Source: Tubiluchus corallicola
Lineage: Eukaryota; Animalia; Priapulida
NCBI GenBank assembly: GCA_030141605.1
Contig: JAQGDQ010000082.1
Coordinates: forward strand, 62,001 to 126,000
Direction: 5' to 3'
DNA: 64,000 nt
In this document: positions 11,701 to 22,540 of the stretch, piece by piece
Numbering within the stretch: position 1 is the first letter of the stretch
Layout: every line of letters starts with the position of its first letter
Program-made: the position numbers and the translations under genes
Notes under the pieces: model-generated
What the model saw: the letters and a program-made list of their open reading frames with translations, nothing else
Told to the model about the DNA's origin: nothing
Databases searched by the model: none

Positions 11701-12548
11701 AGTGCTTTGACAAACATTGTTCTAAGTTACATATAAACAAATTAGAAAAAAGTTCTTTGCTTAAGAACTGCGCGACCTAATTGCTGCGCTTCCAGTATTA
11801 ACCATGAACGTTTAGGTAGAAATAAATATAACTCGAAATAAGCTATTAGAGTGAGAGACAGTGTACTTTGCATTATACCCTTGAGATATGGTGTTTACTT
11901 AGGTTTATACTCTGTATGTAATATTATAGACGGCAACCCACGCACATACTGTGATTAAATAATTGCAGCAAATTCAAATAATTGAACAAAACGTTTAATC
12001 AACAAACTTTGGCAGGAAGCTTAATCTTATGCATGTTTTATCAATCCTAATAAATTAATTTTGCCATTGCAGGTACTGAATGTTGTTGTTAGCACACATT
12101 TTTGTTTCTTACACTCTATGCTGCTTGTTCTAATTATAGTAACATAGGAATTTCAGTTACTTGTGTTTACAACTGGGTGATGAAATATTCTAAATTCTAA
12201 AATCTGGGAAACAGTAAGACGATATTCTAGTGTAAAATGGTTTTCAAAATAATTTTTGACGAATCCAGACGATATAACTTGAAAAATTAAACGTTTTTAT
12301 AAAATTCAAAAAATTTGATAAAAAACTGCGATTGTTTTAAAAATTAGATGCGAGTTCCTGTTACAGATTGTCCTGCTTGTGAACATTTCACTGTATATGG
12401 GCAATAATGTTTGTTACTCATCCATCACACATGGTAACACATACAAGATATTCACTTATTTTTATATCATTCAACATTTTGCAAGTCGGTATCTAACCAA
12501 CATCAGTGTAGGTGGTTGCTGGGTCTAACTCATTATTAAAGATATTCC

Positions 12549-13036
12549 TTAAAGGACAAAACATTCTTAACAAATAATGTTTAAGGAATTCGTCCTGAAA
12601 TTTTCTATCACTTATATGTTGTCTTGTGGCTTACAGAACTTACGTTAGAAGGAATGCTTCATAATATTTGTAATTTGAACTCCTGCGATGACCCTTAGAC
12701 GCAACCATTTTGACGGTTGGTCGTTTGAAACGAGTTTAGATAACATTGAGTAAAATTTGAAAAAATAATCAGAGCATTCGTAGCGCACACTTTACTATTC
12801 AAGCAAAAGTATAAATTATTTTTCTTGTCAATAAGATCAAAAATAAGTTTTTTTTGGTAAGTCAGTGGTGCACACTGGGAAGGTGAGTCAGTGTCATACC
12901 AATTAAATTAAGAACGGTTTAAATTACCAAGAACATTCTTTTCTAATTACATAACTCTTTCAAGCAGGTTAGCGTAATGCTAAGCAATGTATCTCTGGCA
13001 TGGACTAACTTTAACATTGCCATTTTCTTCCCCTCA
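12549..13036 (+). mobile_element. ~490-bp non-autonomous DNA element, TTAA-bounded (Kolobok-like), copy 1
   Basis: Starts TTAA-AGGACAAAAC and ends TTTTCTTCCCCT; collinear with copies at 15.1, 31.7 and 34.7 kb (shared CCATTTTGAC, AGTTTAGATAACATTG, AGCATTCGTAGC, TTCTAATTACATAA). Confidence 0.75.
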
Positions 13037-14155
13037 TCTTTCTTAGGTGATTAAACTACCAGAGGTGAAGGAAGTTAACAGAAGAAATATCTGTGGAACA
13101 GAATGGCAGATGATACTACTTAGAAGCTATTTTTCTCGGTGATCACACAACCAACTATTAACCAGAACATGGCACTGCTTCACTTCGACTCCAAACAGTT
13201 GGTTTGATTTACAAAACGTTTTCATGTACTTCTCATCGTTCCTGGCTACTGACTGTGTTTTGAGCACAACGCGATTTGGATCTCTTCGTGCACTGATACT
13301 CGACTTATTTATTTTGAAAACTAGAGCATTATGACCGATTTTGAATCACTTTAACTTTTGCAGCAGGAACTATTATCATCAGACGTGTTTCATTTAGAAA
13401 CTGCCAGCTGTTCTAGCAGTTTGTGCATCTGTTTGTAAAAAGTGTCAAGTTACAACAATTTGAATGAGGACACGTTTTTAACAAAAAGTACATATAGAAT
13501 ACATTTACGGAATTTATTTTATTTCACGGTGACTGATATGCGAATATACGTTTAGACACGCATTATCACATTATAAGTAATACAAGTCACTGTGAGGCGG
13601 AAGAGGAAGGAGCATTATGCTATCGGATCCTCCTCCAAATAGTTGAGCAATTGACAATTAACATTACATAATAATTAACACATGTTATAACGTACACAGT
13701 TAAACAAAATAAGTTTTGTTAGTAACAGGACGAATTAATTATACCGTTGTAGCAAGTATTGGCTTGATGCAGGCTAAGATTTTTTATTTCACGAGGAATT
13801 GAGAACCATATTTTAATAGCATTATATTTTGATGACTGTTCCATTATATTTCTTTTTGGAAGAGCTTTTACATAGTTTTCAAATGAATATCTTGTGTAAT
13901 GATCATGTTAATTTGAAACTGGACTAAAGTATGACTGAAAAGCTGGTGGAAGAAGTGAATTGTGATATTCATACATGAAATGGAGACAATACATGCCATT
14001 TCACTTTAATCAATGCACAATACATTTCTTTCACTTTAAGAGTTTTGGAAGACAAGTAGATTATATATGTATGATGATTATATCTTATATGATATACGTT
14101 GTATTAGTTTATCAATTTTGTTTAAGGTAAACCAGGACTACGAATCAAAACAAAT

Positions 14156-14250
14156 CTCTCTCGCTCTTTCTCTGTCTCTCTCTCGCTCTCTCTCTTCTCT
14201 CCCCCTCTCTCTCTTCTCCTTCTCTCCTCTCCCTCTGTCTCTCTTTCTCC
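14156..14250 (+). repeat. CT-rich simple repeat
   Basis: Directly visible. Confidence 0.85.
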
Positions 14251-14462
14251 GTGTTAAACCAGTATTTTTTCACGATTAAAACAGACTGCGATCATGGTAG
14301 TAATAATGAATTGCTAATGGACGCACAACTAGCGTTTGCATTGAAAGTGTACTTAGCAACGGTGCGGTATTAATTCAATACCAATCAAATCACAGCAGCT
14401 TCGGTGAAAGCTATCATTACGAATTCTGTGTCTACTAACCCTAATTATCAGTGCTTGCTTAC

Positions 14463-14600
14463 CGTGGAATGAAAGCCGGGCCTAGATTATTGATGGAACG
14501 TCTGGTCTAAATAGTGTCGCTGTCTTTCCCACTTCCCTATAAATGTGAAATGTATTTGAGGCACGTGCAAATATCCGGATTGGAAGTCTTGATAAAACTG
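14463..14600 (-). promoter_or_regulatory. Candidate promoter and non-coding first exon of the protease-homolog gene
   Basis: Minus strand: CCAAT, E-box CACGTG, TTTATAG (14543-14537), then a 74-nt segment closed in all frames ending at a strong donor ACG|GTAAGC (14463); CpG-rich region upstream to ~14890. Confidence 0.35.
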
Positions 14601-15094
14601 GGGCTTCTACGGGGATGTCCAGAAAAAAATTTCCCCACGTCAACTCGCAACCCTTCATCCTTACGGACGCGTTTGTAAAAGCGCCCCCATCGTCGTGTAG
14701 TCCGGTTCCTCATTTTTCCTGAACTATAAATTAGCGCCCAAATACCGCATGAATTGTCACAAGGGACATCGGGGGTAAATTCTAAGAGAAGAATCCGGGC
14801 TACACACTGATGTGAGTATCGCTCATAAATGCCTCTACCAGGATGAAGGGGTAACGTGTTAATTTGTGGCAACATTTTCAGACGATCCCGTATATTGATC
14901 TTGTGAATACATTTATGTTTTGTCTATAGACAAAGTACGTTTAGAAAGAAATAATTGTTTTACTGGCATAGTATGGTTTGGGGGTTTAATTATTTCAGGA
15001 TGCTTGATGTTTACGTCTGTAACATGTTTATTTAGACATACACATAGTCAATCGTCGAGTTTGTAATTAATTTAGAACTATAGTTTGAAATTTG

Positions 15095-15597
15095 TAATAA
15101 AATCTTTATTAACTATTATTATTATAACATAAATAAAATCATGTTGAAATTTTGTATCACTTACATGCTGTCTTATTGTGCACAACCCTGTATAAAACTT
15201 GTAAATTTAAGCTTCCGCGATGACTATTAGGCGTAGCCATTTTGAGAGTCAGTCGTTTGGAATAAGTTTAGATAACATTGCGCAAAGTTTGAAGAATAAT
15301 CATAGCATTCGTAGCACGCTCTTGCTAACTAAGCAAAAATTTAAATTACTTTGTATTGTCAAAAGGTTCCATATCATAAGTTCACTTAGCATCAAAAATG
15401 TGTTCTTTGATGAGTGAGTGATGCGCACTAGGATGGCGATGCAGCGCCGTTTTACCGGTGACACGAATATTTTAAATTATTAAGTTCTTTCTAATTACAT
15501 AAATCTTTTACAACTGGTACGCGTAATGCAAAGTAATATAATTTTGTGTGGAAAGGTTTTTGGGACATATTTTAAAACAGCCTTTCTTTCCCATCAA
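15095..15597 (+). mobile_element. TTAA-bounded element family, copy 2
   Basis: Collinear with 12549-13036; termini eroded. Confidence 0.7.
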
Positions 15598-16269
15598 GGC
15601 GACTTGAGTCCAATAAGTCAATCCTCAACTATACGCATGTAACACTTTGCAAAGCTCTTTCTAAAAAATTCAAAACATGTAATATGCAAAATGAAATTGT
15701 ACACCGATGATTAAGGAATTTTTCTTTGGAATTAATTCGTGAACATTTAAAATTTCATTGCGTACAAACAAGGCATTTAATTACATAAATGTTAACTATC
15801 AGCCAAAGCAAACATTGAGTTTACGTTATCCCGCAACTAGTCTTATTAATCATTTTATGAGATCATTTAATTGGATAATAAAACGTTTCGTGTGTAACAC
15901 ATTATTTCCGTGTTATAATTTCTTAGAACATTTAAAATTGGTTTGTTTGTATCAAAATTGTGCAAGTGTGAATTTATATCGTAAATGAATCCACTTGAAC
16001 TGCTGTTAGGCCTGCAAGAATAGACAGGTTGTACAAGTGTATTTAAGGTCGCGCAATAAAAATGTTGAAAGATTATTTTAATAGCTGCAGCAATATTTGC
16101 ATTGCGTAGAAAAATTGGGATAGTTTAAATATGTTAGATTTATTCAGAAGATTACTTAGAAAAACCTTACTAAACCTTACAAGCAAGAAACTTCTAAAAC
16201 TGCGCTGGTATTCAAAAAGCTTTTAGCTGTTGTCAGGGTGACAGACTGGCGGACTAATAAGGATGCCAT

Positions 16270-16560
16270 ACAAGATTCCAATGCTTTTCGCAAATCTGCA
16301 TGAGGAGAGCATGCAGAGTTATGATTATGAAGTTGTAAATTGGCTTCACCGCATGACGTCATTATAATGGCGTGGGTTTTGCGTGAGCTTACCTACAAGA
16401 ACTCTTGCGGACACGTTTTTGATTGAAAAGATTGAAAATAAGGAAAGTTGCATCGCTAATTCATCGTCGCGAAGCCAGTGTAGTTTATTGCGCATGCGCT
16501 GTCTGTTTCTTAAAGGAAAGAAAGTTGTTGCCACGTTACTCCGCGTTGCGATTTCACACC
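16270..16560. promoter_or_regulatory. Promoter-like motif cluster
   Basis: ATTGG 16339-16343, CRE ATGACGTCAT 16353-16362, YY1-like AATGGCG 16366-16372, TCGCGA, NRF1-like TGCGCATGCGC 16489-16499 in CpG-retaining sequence; donor CAG|GTAAGA at 16697. Confidence 0.5.
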
Positions 16561-17276
16561 TCGGTAGGTTTTTCATCTGATAGTTCAGAACAGTATGAAA
16601 ATGTAAGAGAATGTGACTTTAAGCAAATGTGTGGGCGTCGCAAGTATTCGAATGTGAGAAACCTTAGTGATGGTTTACTTCAACGCTTTTTTGTCAGGTA
16701 AGAAGTGAATAATTATTAGATTTGTTGCTAAAGATTTTACTACACTCGAAAAACTTCATAATGGTTAAACCTTTAGGGCTGGCTTTTTGTATATGATCGA
16801 TCTCTCGATAGAGATACACTTTTTATTTTGATTATGTCTTACTTGTAGTCAAATATACTCCTTTGGTTAGTTGGCACCATGATTGAGGACACAATCTTCA
16901 GTTTTCACCTCCTATTGAATGCTATATATTGCCACCTTCATCCAGTGCCTTCTTTTTTATATTGAAATATTGCTAATGTAATTTTGGCTGTAATAAAACG
17001 TAAACTTAGTTTATTTATTCGGGAATGATAAAAATACAAAGAAAATATGTTCCTATATTAATTATTATAACATTCTAAGAGCAGAATCCTAATGACAGCA
17101 TGCATATAAATATATTCATTGTGGCAGTCACCAAAAGTGAAAATTTATTTTAAGTGTCTGTCTCGAAAAGTAACTCCAAATAATTAAGAACACTGGATAA
17201 AAACTGTTTAGTGGTTTTTAATGGCAACACCATTTTTTATGTTTTTTTAGATTACTGAAAATCAATTTCCTTGTTT

Positions 17277-17548
17277 GATTCGTCACCACACGCCTTTTTT
17301 CAAAAGCAAAATTGATTAAAAACTAACCATTTGCGTATAATCAGAAAAAAACAAAACTTTTCACATGCTGAATTCATTTGAAAGTGGTTGATTTCTTCTT
17401 AGTTTAGAATCTGTACTATCTTAATACTTCATTTAAAATCTATTAGGAAAACGAAAGCATTCAGGTAGTATTCTCGAAACACTTTGACGGAAAGAACACC
17501 AAAATGCTGCATTTAAAATAAAACAAAAAGGCGTTGGTGAGACGAATC
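17277..17548. mobile_element. MITE-like element, ~270 bp
   Basis: Inverted repeats GATTCGTCACCACACGCCTTTTT and AAAAAGGCGTTGGTGAGACGAATC; no clear TSD. Confidence 0.55.
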
Positions 17549-19574
17549 GTTTATTTTTTTGCTACTGAACACTGGCCAACTAATCTAACATAAAGACAGT
17601 TTATTTTGGCAGCACTTATTATAAAAAGTATCGGTCTTTCTTTATATAAGTGCTAAAACAGTTAGAACTCAGTTACGTACAAACGTATTCCGGGCCTTCA
17701 GTCAATTCTTTGAGACCGTCTCGCACATGTATCTGAAAAGACGATCAAACTAAAACTTCTGAGACACGCTATTTATTTTATTTTTTAAAGTAGTCTTGTC
17801 AGCACACATATATGAGAATAACGTAAGCCTACATTACAGGATAAAATGTTTGCAGTTATTATCAATTATAATTATATTAATTAATATATTATGATATTAT
17901 TTTATAATTAATATCTCTTTTGAATAATAGCTATTATGTTTTATTGCGCATAATAACAGTACCAGCTGCAAAATAACTGTTCTCTTCTGGAGATGAACAC
18001 AGCATCGCTGAAACAATTCTTTTTATTATGCAAGGGGAGCGTTTGCGACATGGCCGTACGCCCCCTCACACAACAAAAAATTTATATATTTAAATATTTT
18101 TGACGAAATAGTGTTATTGTTAATATGAGTGAGAAAAATTTCACAACATATTATATCATTTTAACTTAACTTTGTATGTAATTGTTTCCACGCTGCCTTG
18201 TATCTTAGCTTAATTCCATTCATATCTCAACCCAGTTAAAACCTGTAATGTATGCTGCTGTGAATAGCTACTTTCAAGCACAAATCAGACTGAAATCTAT
18301 ACCCGTCTAATCAAGTAGCTGACCGTTTGACCGACAAACTTCTCAATCCACATGTATGACCATATTCTAAATATTCATTGCAATACTGAGAAGTTACTAG
18401 TCGAGACTGAGATTACTCTAAATGATCAAATAACCGCCAGTCTGACAAGCAATAATCTTCTGAGCTCGTAGATTACTTCAAACTTTCGACGTGAGATTTG
18501 ATCTGTTTTGAATATCAACATCGGTATTTGCCTTACATGAGCATGGTCGAATACTGCTGCCCGTCAATTTTCTACACACAATGGCCATTACGTAGGAAGT
18601 AATGATGCAGCAGCTAATGAACGAATTCCACCTAGTTACGTAACTAGACAAACTATTAAATGAAACCCATCTTGTTATGCAACAAGGTGTAATCATTATA
18701 CGCCTCTGACAATGTGACATGAATCTGCTTTCATAAACAAGCACGTTCCTACGGAATTTGAAATCAAAATAATGAGTTCAATTAGAATTACACCGACGAG
18801 GTGCCAAGGAAATGCACTGTTTCGTTTTGAAACCAATGTCGCGATAAATTAGTTTTTTTATCTAGTCTTGTAAATAAAATATTAAATAGTAAGTCAGATC
18901 AGGTTGCAAGAGGGTACTGAGCAACAGATTTAATCCTTTCAAGTAAACGAAAATTTGAAGAGCTCACAAAAACTCAGTTGGTTTGTTGTTAACGAGACTT
19001 AAACCAGCTTCTGTGGGTCAGCTAATCAAATAGAAAGCTAGCAAGCTAAGTACAATTCACCCGGTCTATCTACCTGCCATGCATTGATTGGCTGTTTGCG
19101 CCAGTGGTCTGATACTGTAGTTGGTAATGTCTTTTTGTCCCTGAGTAAGACAAGGGCATTTGTCTTTAGAATGCCAATGTGTCATTAGAATCACGCAGTT
19201 CTTTGCTCAAAACCTTTTCTCCTTTTTGACACTTTTGATTTTTACTGACAACCGTATACGCTCACAATTAGGCCAACATCTGCAGTATAGATCCTGCTTT
19301 GTTTTAGTTTTATTGCATCCGTATAGCATTACGTTATTTTCACCATGTCGTCCGTTCGGGATTAAACTAATTAATAAATTAATAATGGTTATAAAAATCG
19401 GATGTGATAAAATGCCCCTTCGTTAAAGGTCTATAATTGTGCTTCAAATATGGCCTCTGAGTCAAACGGTTCTTATAATACTAAAATGTAAGCTTCTTCT
19501 AAAATACACCTTGTCTTGTTACTTTTCTGAGTTAAAACTTGGCGACACAGTGTGTTCGCGAAACATCAACTCTA

Positions 19575-19950
19575 CATTCCGGATTATCTAATAGATTAGC
19601 ATAGGCTGCAGCCTACGGTCCCTCAAACTTGAGGGCCTTCAAGCTATAGTAACATTAGGTAAAAAACTCTTTTTTTAACTACGGCTGGGTTGAAGTAGGT
19701 GCTAATTTAGTTTGCAATAAATAGTAAAATAGTGGCGTTTCTTAAAGAATATTTTTGGTGACAAACAAAGGATAGCTTATTCCAGTTTATTTAAATATTG
19801 TGCAATAAATTTATTTCAAACTACGCAAATGTCGCTAAAATATAACATCTATAAAAAATATTCAAGACCGCGTGAGCGAGTTAGAGGATGGCTTCGTCTG
19901 AGGGGCCCTAATTTCGACTAGGGAGCCCAAAAGGTCATAATCTGGCATTC
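19575..19950 (-). mobile_element. hAT-type MITE related to 62741-63044
   Basis: Ends CATTCCGGATTA...TAATCTGGCATT; the first ~65 nt align to the reverse complement of 62960-63044 (AGGCTGCAG, CCCTCAA, GGGCC). Confidence 0.55.
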
Positions 19951-20504
19951 TCATATTTGACTTGAAAAATATTTTAGAACTGCATGTAATTAGGCATCGG
20001 TAACATCTGTTTATTCATGTACAAAACAAAATAACTGACAAATATAAATAATTCTGAATGACATTATTACAGTTATAAATAACAGCATGTTCACTTTGTA
20101 GTTTGAAGTTCATTTGTTTGATTGTCCATCAACCGATCTTAGCTGATCCATCAACCGTATAACCACTCCTCAACAGACTGGCTTCCTACATTATCCCTGA
20201 ACAACAAGGCAAAACAGTAATAAACCAGGTTTATATAAGGTTTGAGCCGCTGGAAACCAAACATTTGCAGGCCACTGAGGTTCTACAACGTGAAAGCTGG
20301 CAAGATTATGGCGCTTAATCATGTAGTCGTTAATTATGCACACAGCAAAGGCCTGCAGCAAGGTGCTACATTTACCATTATAAAACATATGCAGGACATA
20401 AATGTCAAACATGTCAGATAAAACATTTTTTACAAACCAATCAATCAAGCACAGATTTCGTTTTTCGCAATAAAGTGTTAAGACTGTAAAACGATAACAA
20501 TGTC

Positions 20505-20845
20505 TATAGCAACAGCAGTGACGTAGCAGCAGCGGCGGCGACAGCACCAGTAATATCAACATTTCGTAACACCTTTTTTTGCAAGCTGTGATTGCGTACA
20601 GTTGTCTTGTTTGGCAACAAAATGATAATACTGTGAAACAATAACAACGGCAACAGCGGTAGTGGCGCAACAGCACTAACAGCAGTAGCAGTAACAGCAA
20701 CAACAACGACGACCACGACCGTAATGGCGACAGCGGCGACAACAGCAACGGCAACAGCAGCAGCAGCAACAACAGCAGCAGTAACAGCAATAACAACACA
20801 TTAACAACAACAGCAACACTTAACAACAGCAGCAGAAGCAACAAC
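20505..20845 (+). repeat. Degenerate (CAG/CAA/CGG)n repeat region
   Basis: Directly visible; source of the Leu-rich 217-aa ORF. Confidence 0.85.
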
Positions 20846-21454
20846 TCATTGTAGCTGTTGCTTTTGTCGGCTTTATAGAAACAGGCGCATGAGAATACAA
20901 AAGAACCGACCTGTGATTACGACGCACTTGTAAACACGCGTTCTGCCGCTTTCAAAGAAGCCAACATCTCTCCGAAACTCACTCTTTCCCTATTTTTAGA
21001 TCGGTAAACTAAACTTGATTTATACGACCGGGCAATCTAAGAATTCTTCGATAAACTCGCATTCTTCGACTACCGTCCAGAGTTCAATTCAACAAGATTT
21101 ACGCAACACATTAGTGGCGAGTCTTTGACCCTGCAAATGGTTCTGAACTTTGATTTTCCCGTGTATAACATTCTTCCGTCAAAGATTAGTGAATGAACCA
21201 TTAAGAGAGTCAAGTCAATTGGGAATCAGCTAGATGAGATTTATTACCATTTAGATGGCATTTTACACTTTGTGTAAGACTTACCAAGTATGATTAGAAG
21301 ATTCTGACTCATGAAATCAAGAAAAGACACAATTAAACGCAAAGTGGCTCAACTCAACATCGACTCCTTTTCATATACAAATAAAATGGCTTGCAAAATG
21401 AAGATTCGAAAAGGCTCAAGTTAAGAGGTTTTAATATGGAATTGTAGTAAAACG

Positions 21455-21545
21455 AGTAGGCCGATTGGTCACGACGTGCATTTAACGGCCGAAGTTAGAC
21501 GGCGCCAAGTCTAGTCAGTGAATGGATGGTTACCACCTAGGTTCA
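21455..21545 (+). mobile_element. 5S rRNA-derived SINE head or 5S pseudogene fragment
   Basis: CCGAAGTTAGACGGCGCCAAGTCTAGTCAGTGAATGGATGGTTACCACCTAGG (21489-21541) is collinear with the 5S internal control region CCGAAGTTAAGC...GGTTAGTACTTGGATGGGTGACCGCCTGGG, differing mostly by transitions. Confidence 0.6.
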
Positions 21546-21898
21546 ATGCTAACTTTGGTCGACTTTAATCACTCATACTAATACTACGTGGTTGTTTACC
21601 TCGCTGAAGGAGATCTGTTTACCTGTTTATTTGTTTATCTCACAAGGAAGGACGTATTCACATTCGAGCGTGTCTGAGATTCCTCTGCCGGTGTACCAGT
21701 TTAAATACACCCCATTCATTATCTACCCCCCCCACCCGGGTTAATTCAAACCTGGTTTCAAGTTACCTGTGGTATATTTAAACAAGTTTCAAAGTACCTC
21801 CGGGGTGCCTTAAAACAAGTTAGATATACGTCCGCTAGTTTCACATTACACCTCAAAAAGCAGCCTAAAATCAATAAAGGTATTTCATAGTTTTAGAC

Positions 21899-21934
<36 letters not shown>

Positions 21935-22015
21935 GTATCATCAACATCATCGCCACCATCACCACCACCACCACCACTACCACCACCACCACCACCACCA
22001 CCATCATCATCATCA
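21899..22015 (+). repeat. (CAT)n-(CAC)n microsatellite
   Basis: Directly visible. Confidence 0.95.
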
Positions 22016-22404
22016 CAAAATAACAATTCACACATAATTAATTGGACTTGTATGTCATTTCCTAAAGCCGGTAAACATTATCCCAAATGCAACTGAGTGT
22101 CAGAACAGCTGGGATTCGTCGGTTTATTGGAGTCATAAAGCGACTAAAACGGTGTTATAACGAAGCCACATAAGTAATAATTGGAATTACTCTGAGCGGT
22201 GCTTTTGAAGGATTTGTGCTTTTGCCACATTTCTGTGACAATGAAAAATACACATGGGACTGGCAGGAAAATAAAGAGGCGCTGTAGTGGACGTCACCAT
22301 ATCATATATTCATCTGGCAGCTAGTGTATGTTTTGCAAAAGGTTGCAAATTTATGAAAATAGATTGAAGAAAAAGGCAACGGATTTTTAACTTAGAGTTT
22401 ACCA

Positions 22405-22540
22405 AAACTTTTGTTTGATGAGCCCAACACTTTTCAGCATAATGACACCTTCATCGGGGACCTATTTTGATTACTGTTAGATACCCCGTGAAGTCTTTAA
22501 TATGATAAAATGTGTTGTGCTCATCAAAAAAAAAATTTCT
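22405..22540. mobile_element. Inverted pair of Penelope-like terminal remnants with decayed hammerhead-like core
   Basis: Arms 22414-22459 and 22484-22528 are imperfect reverse complements; the minus strand reads CCCCGATGAAGGTGTCATTATGCTGAAAA. Confidence 0.5.

Noticed and set aside
13060-13428. Candidate signal-peptide exon (MFWLIVGCVIT or IFLLLTSFTS)
   Set aside because: Stops intervene before any usable donor; no ATG-to-donor frame.
20191-20844. 217-aa Leu-rich ORF
   Set aside because: Product of CAG/CAA repeats.
21455-21545. Functional 5S rRNA gene
   Set aside because: 5' half absent, many substitutions, no terminal stem or oligo-T terminator.
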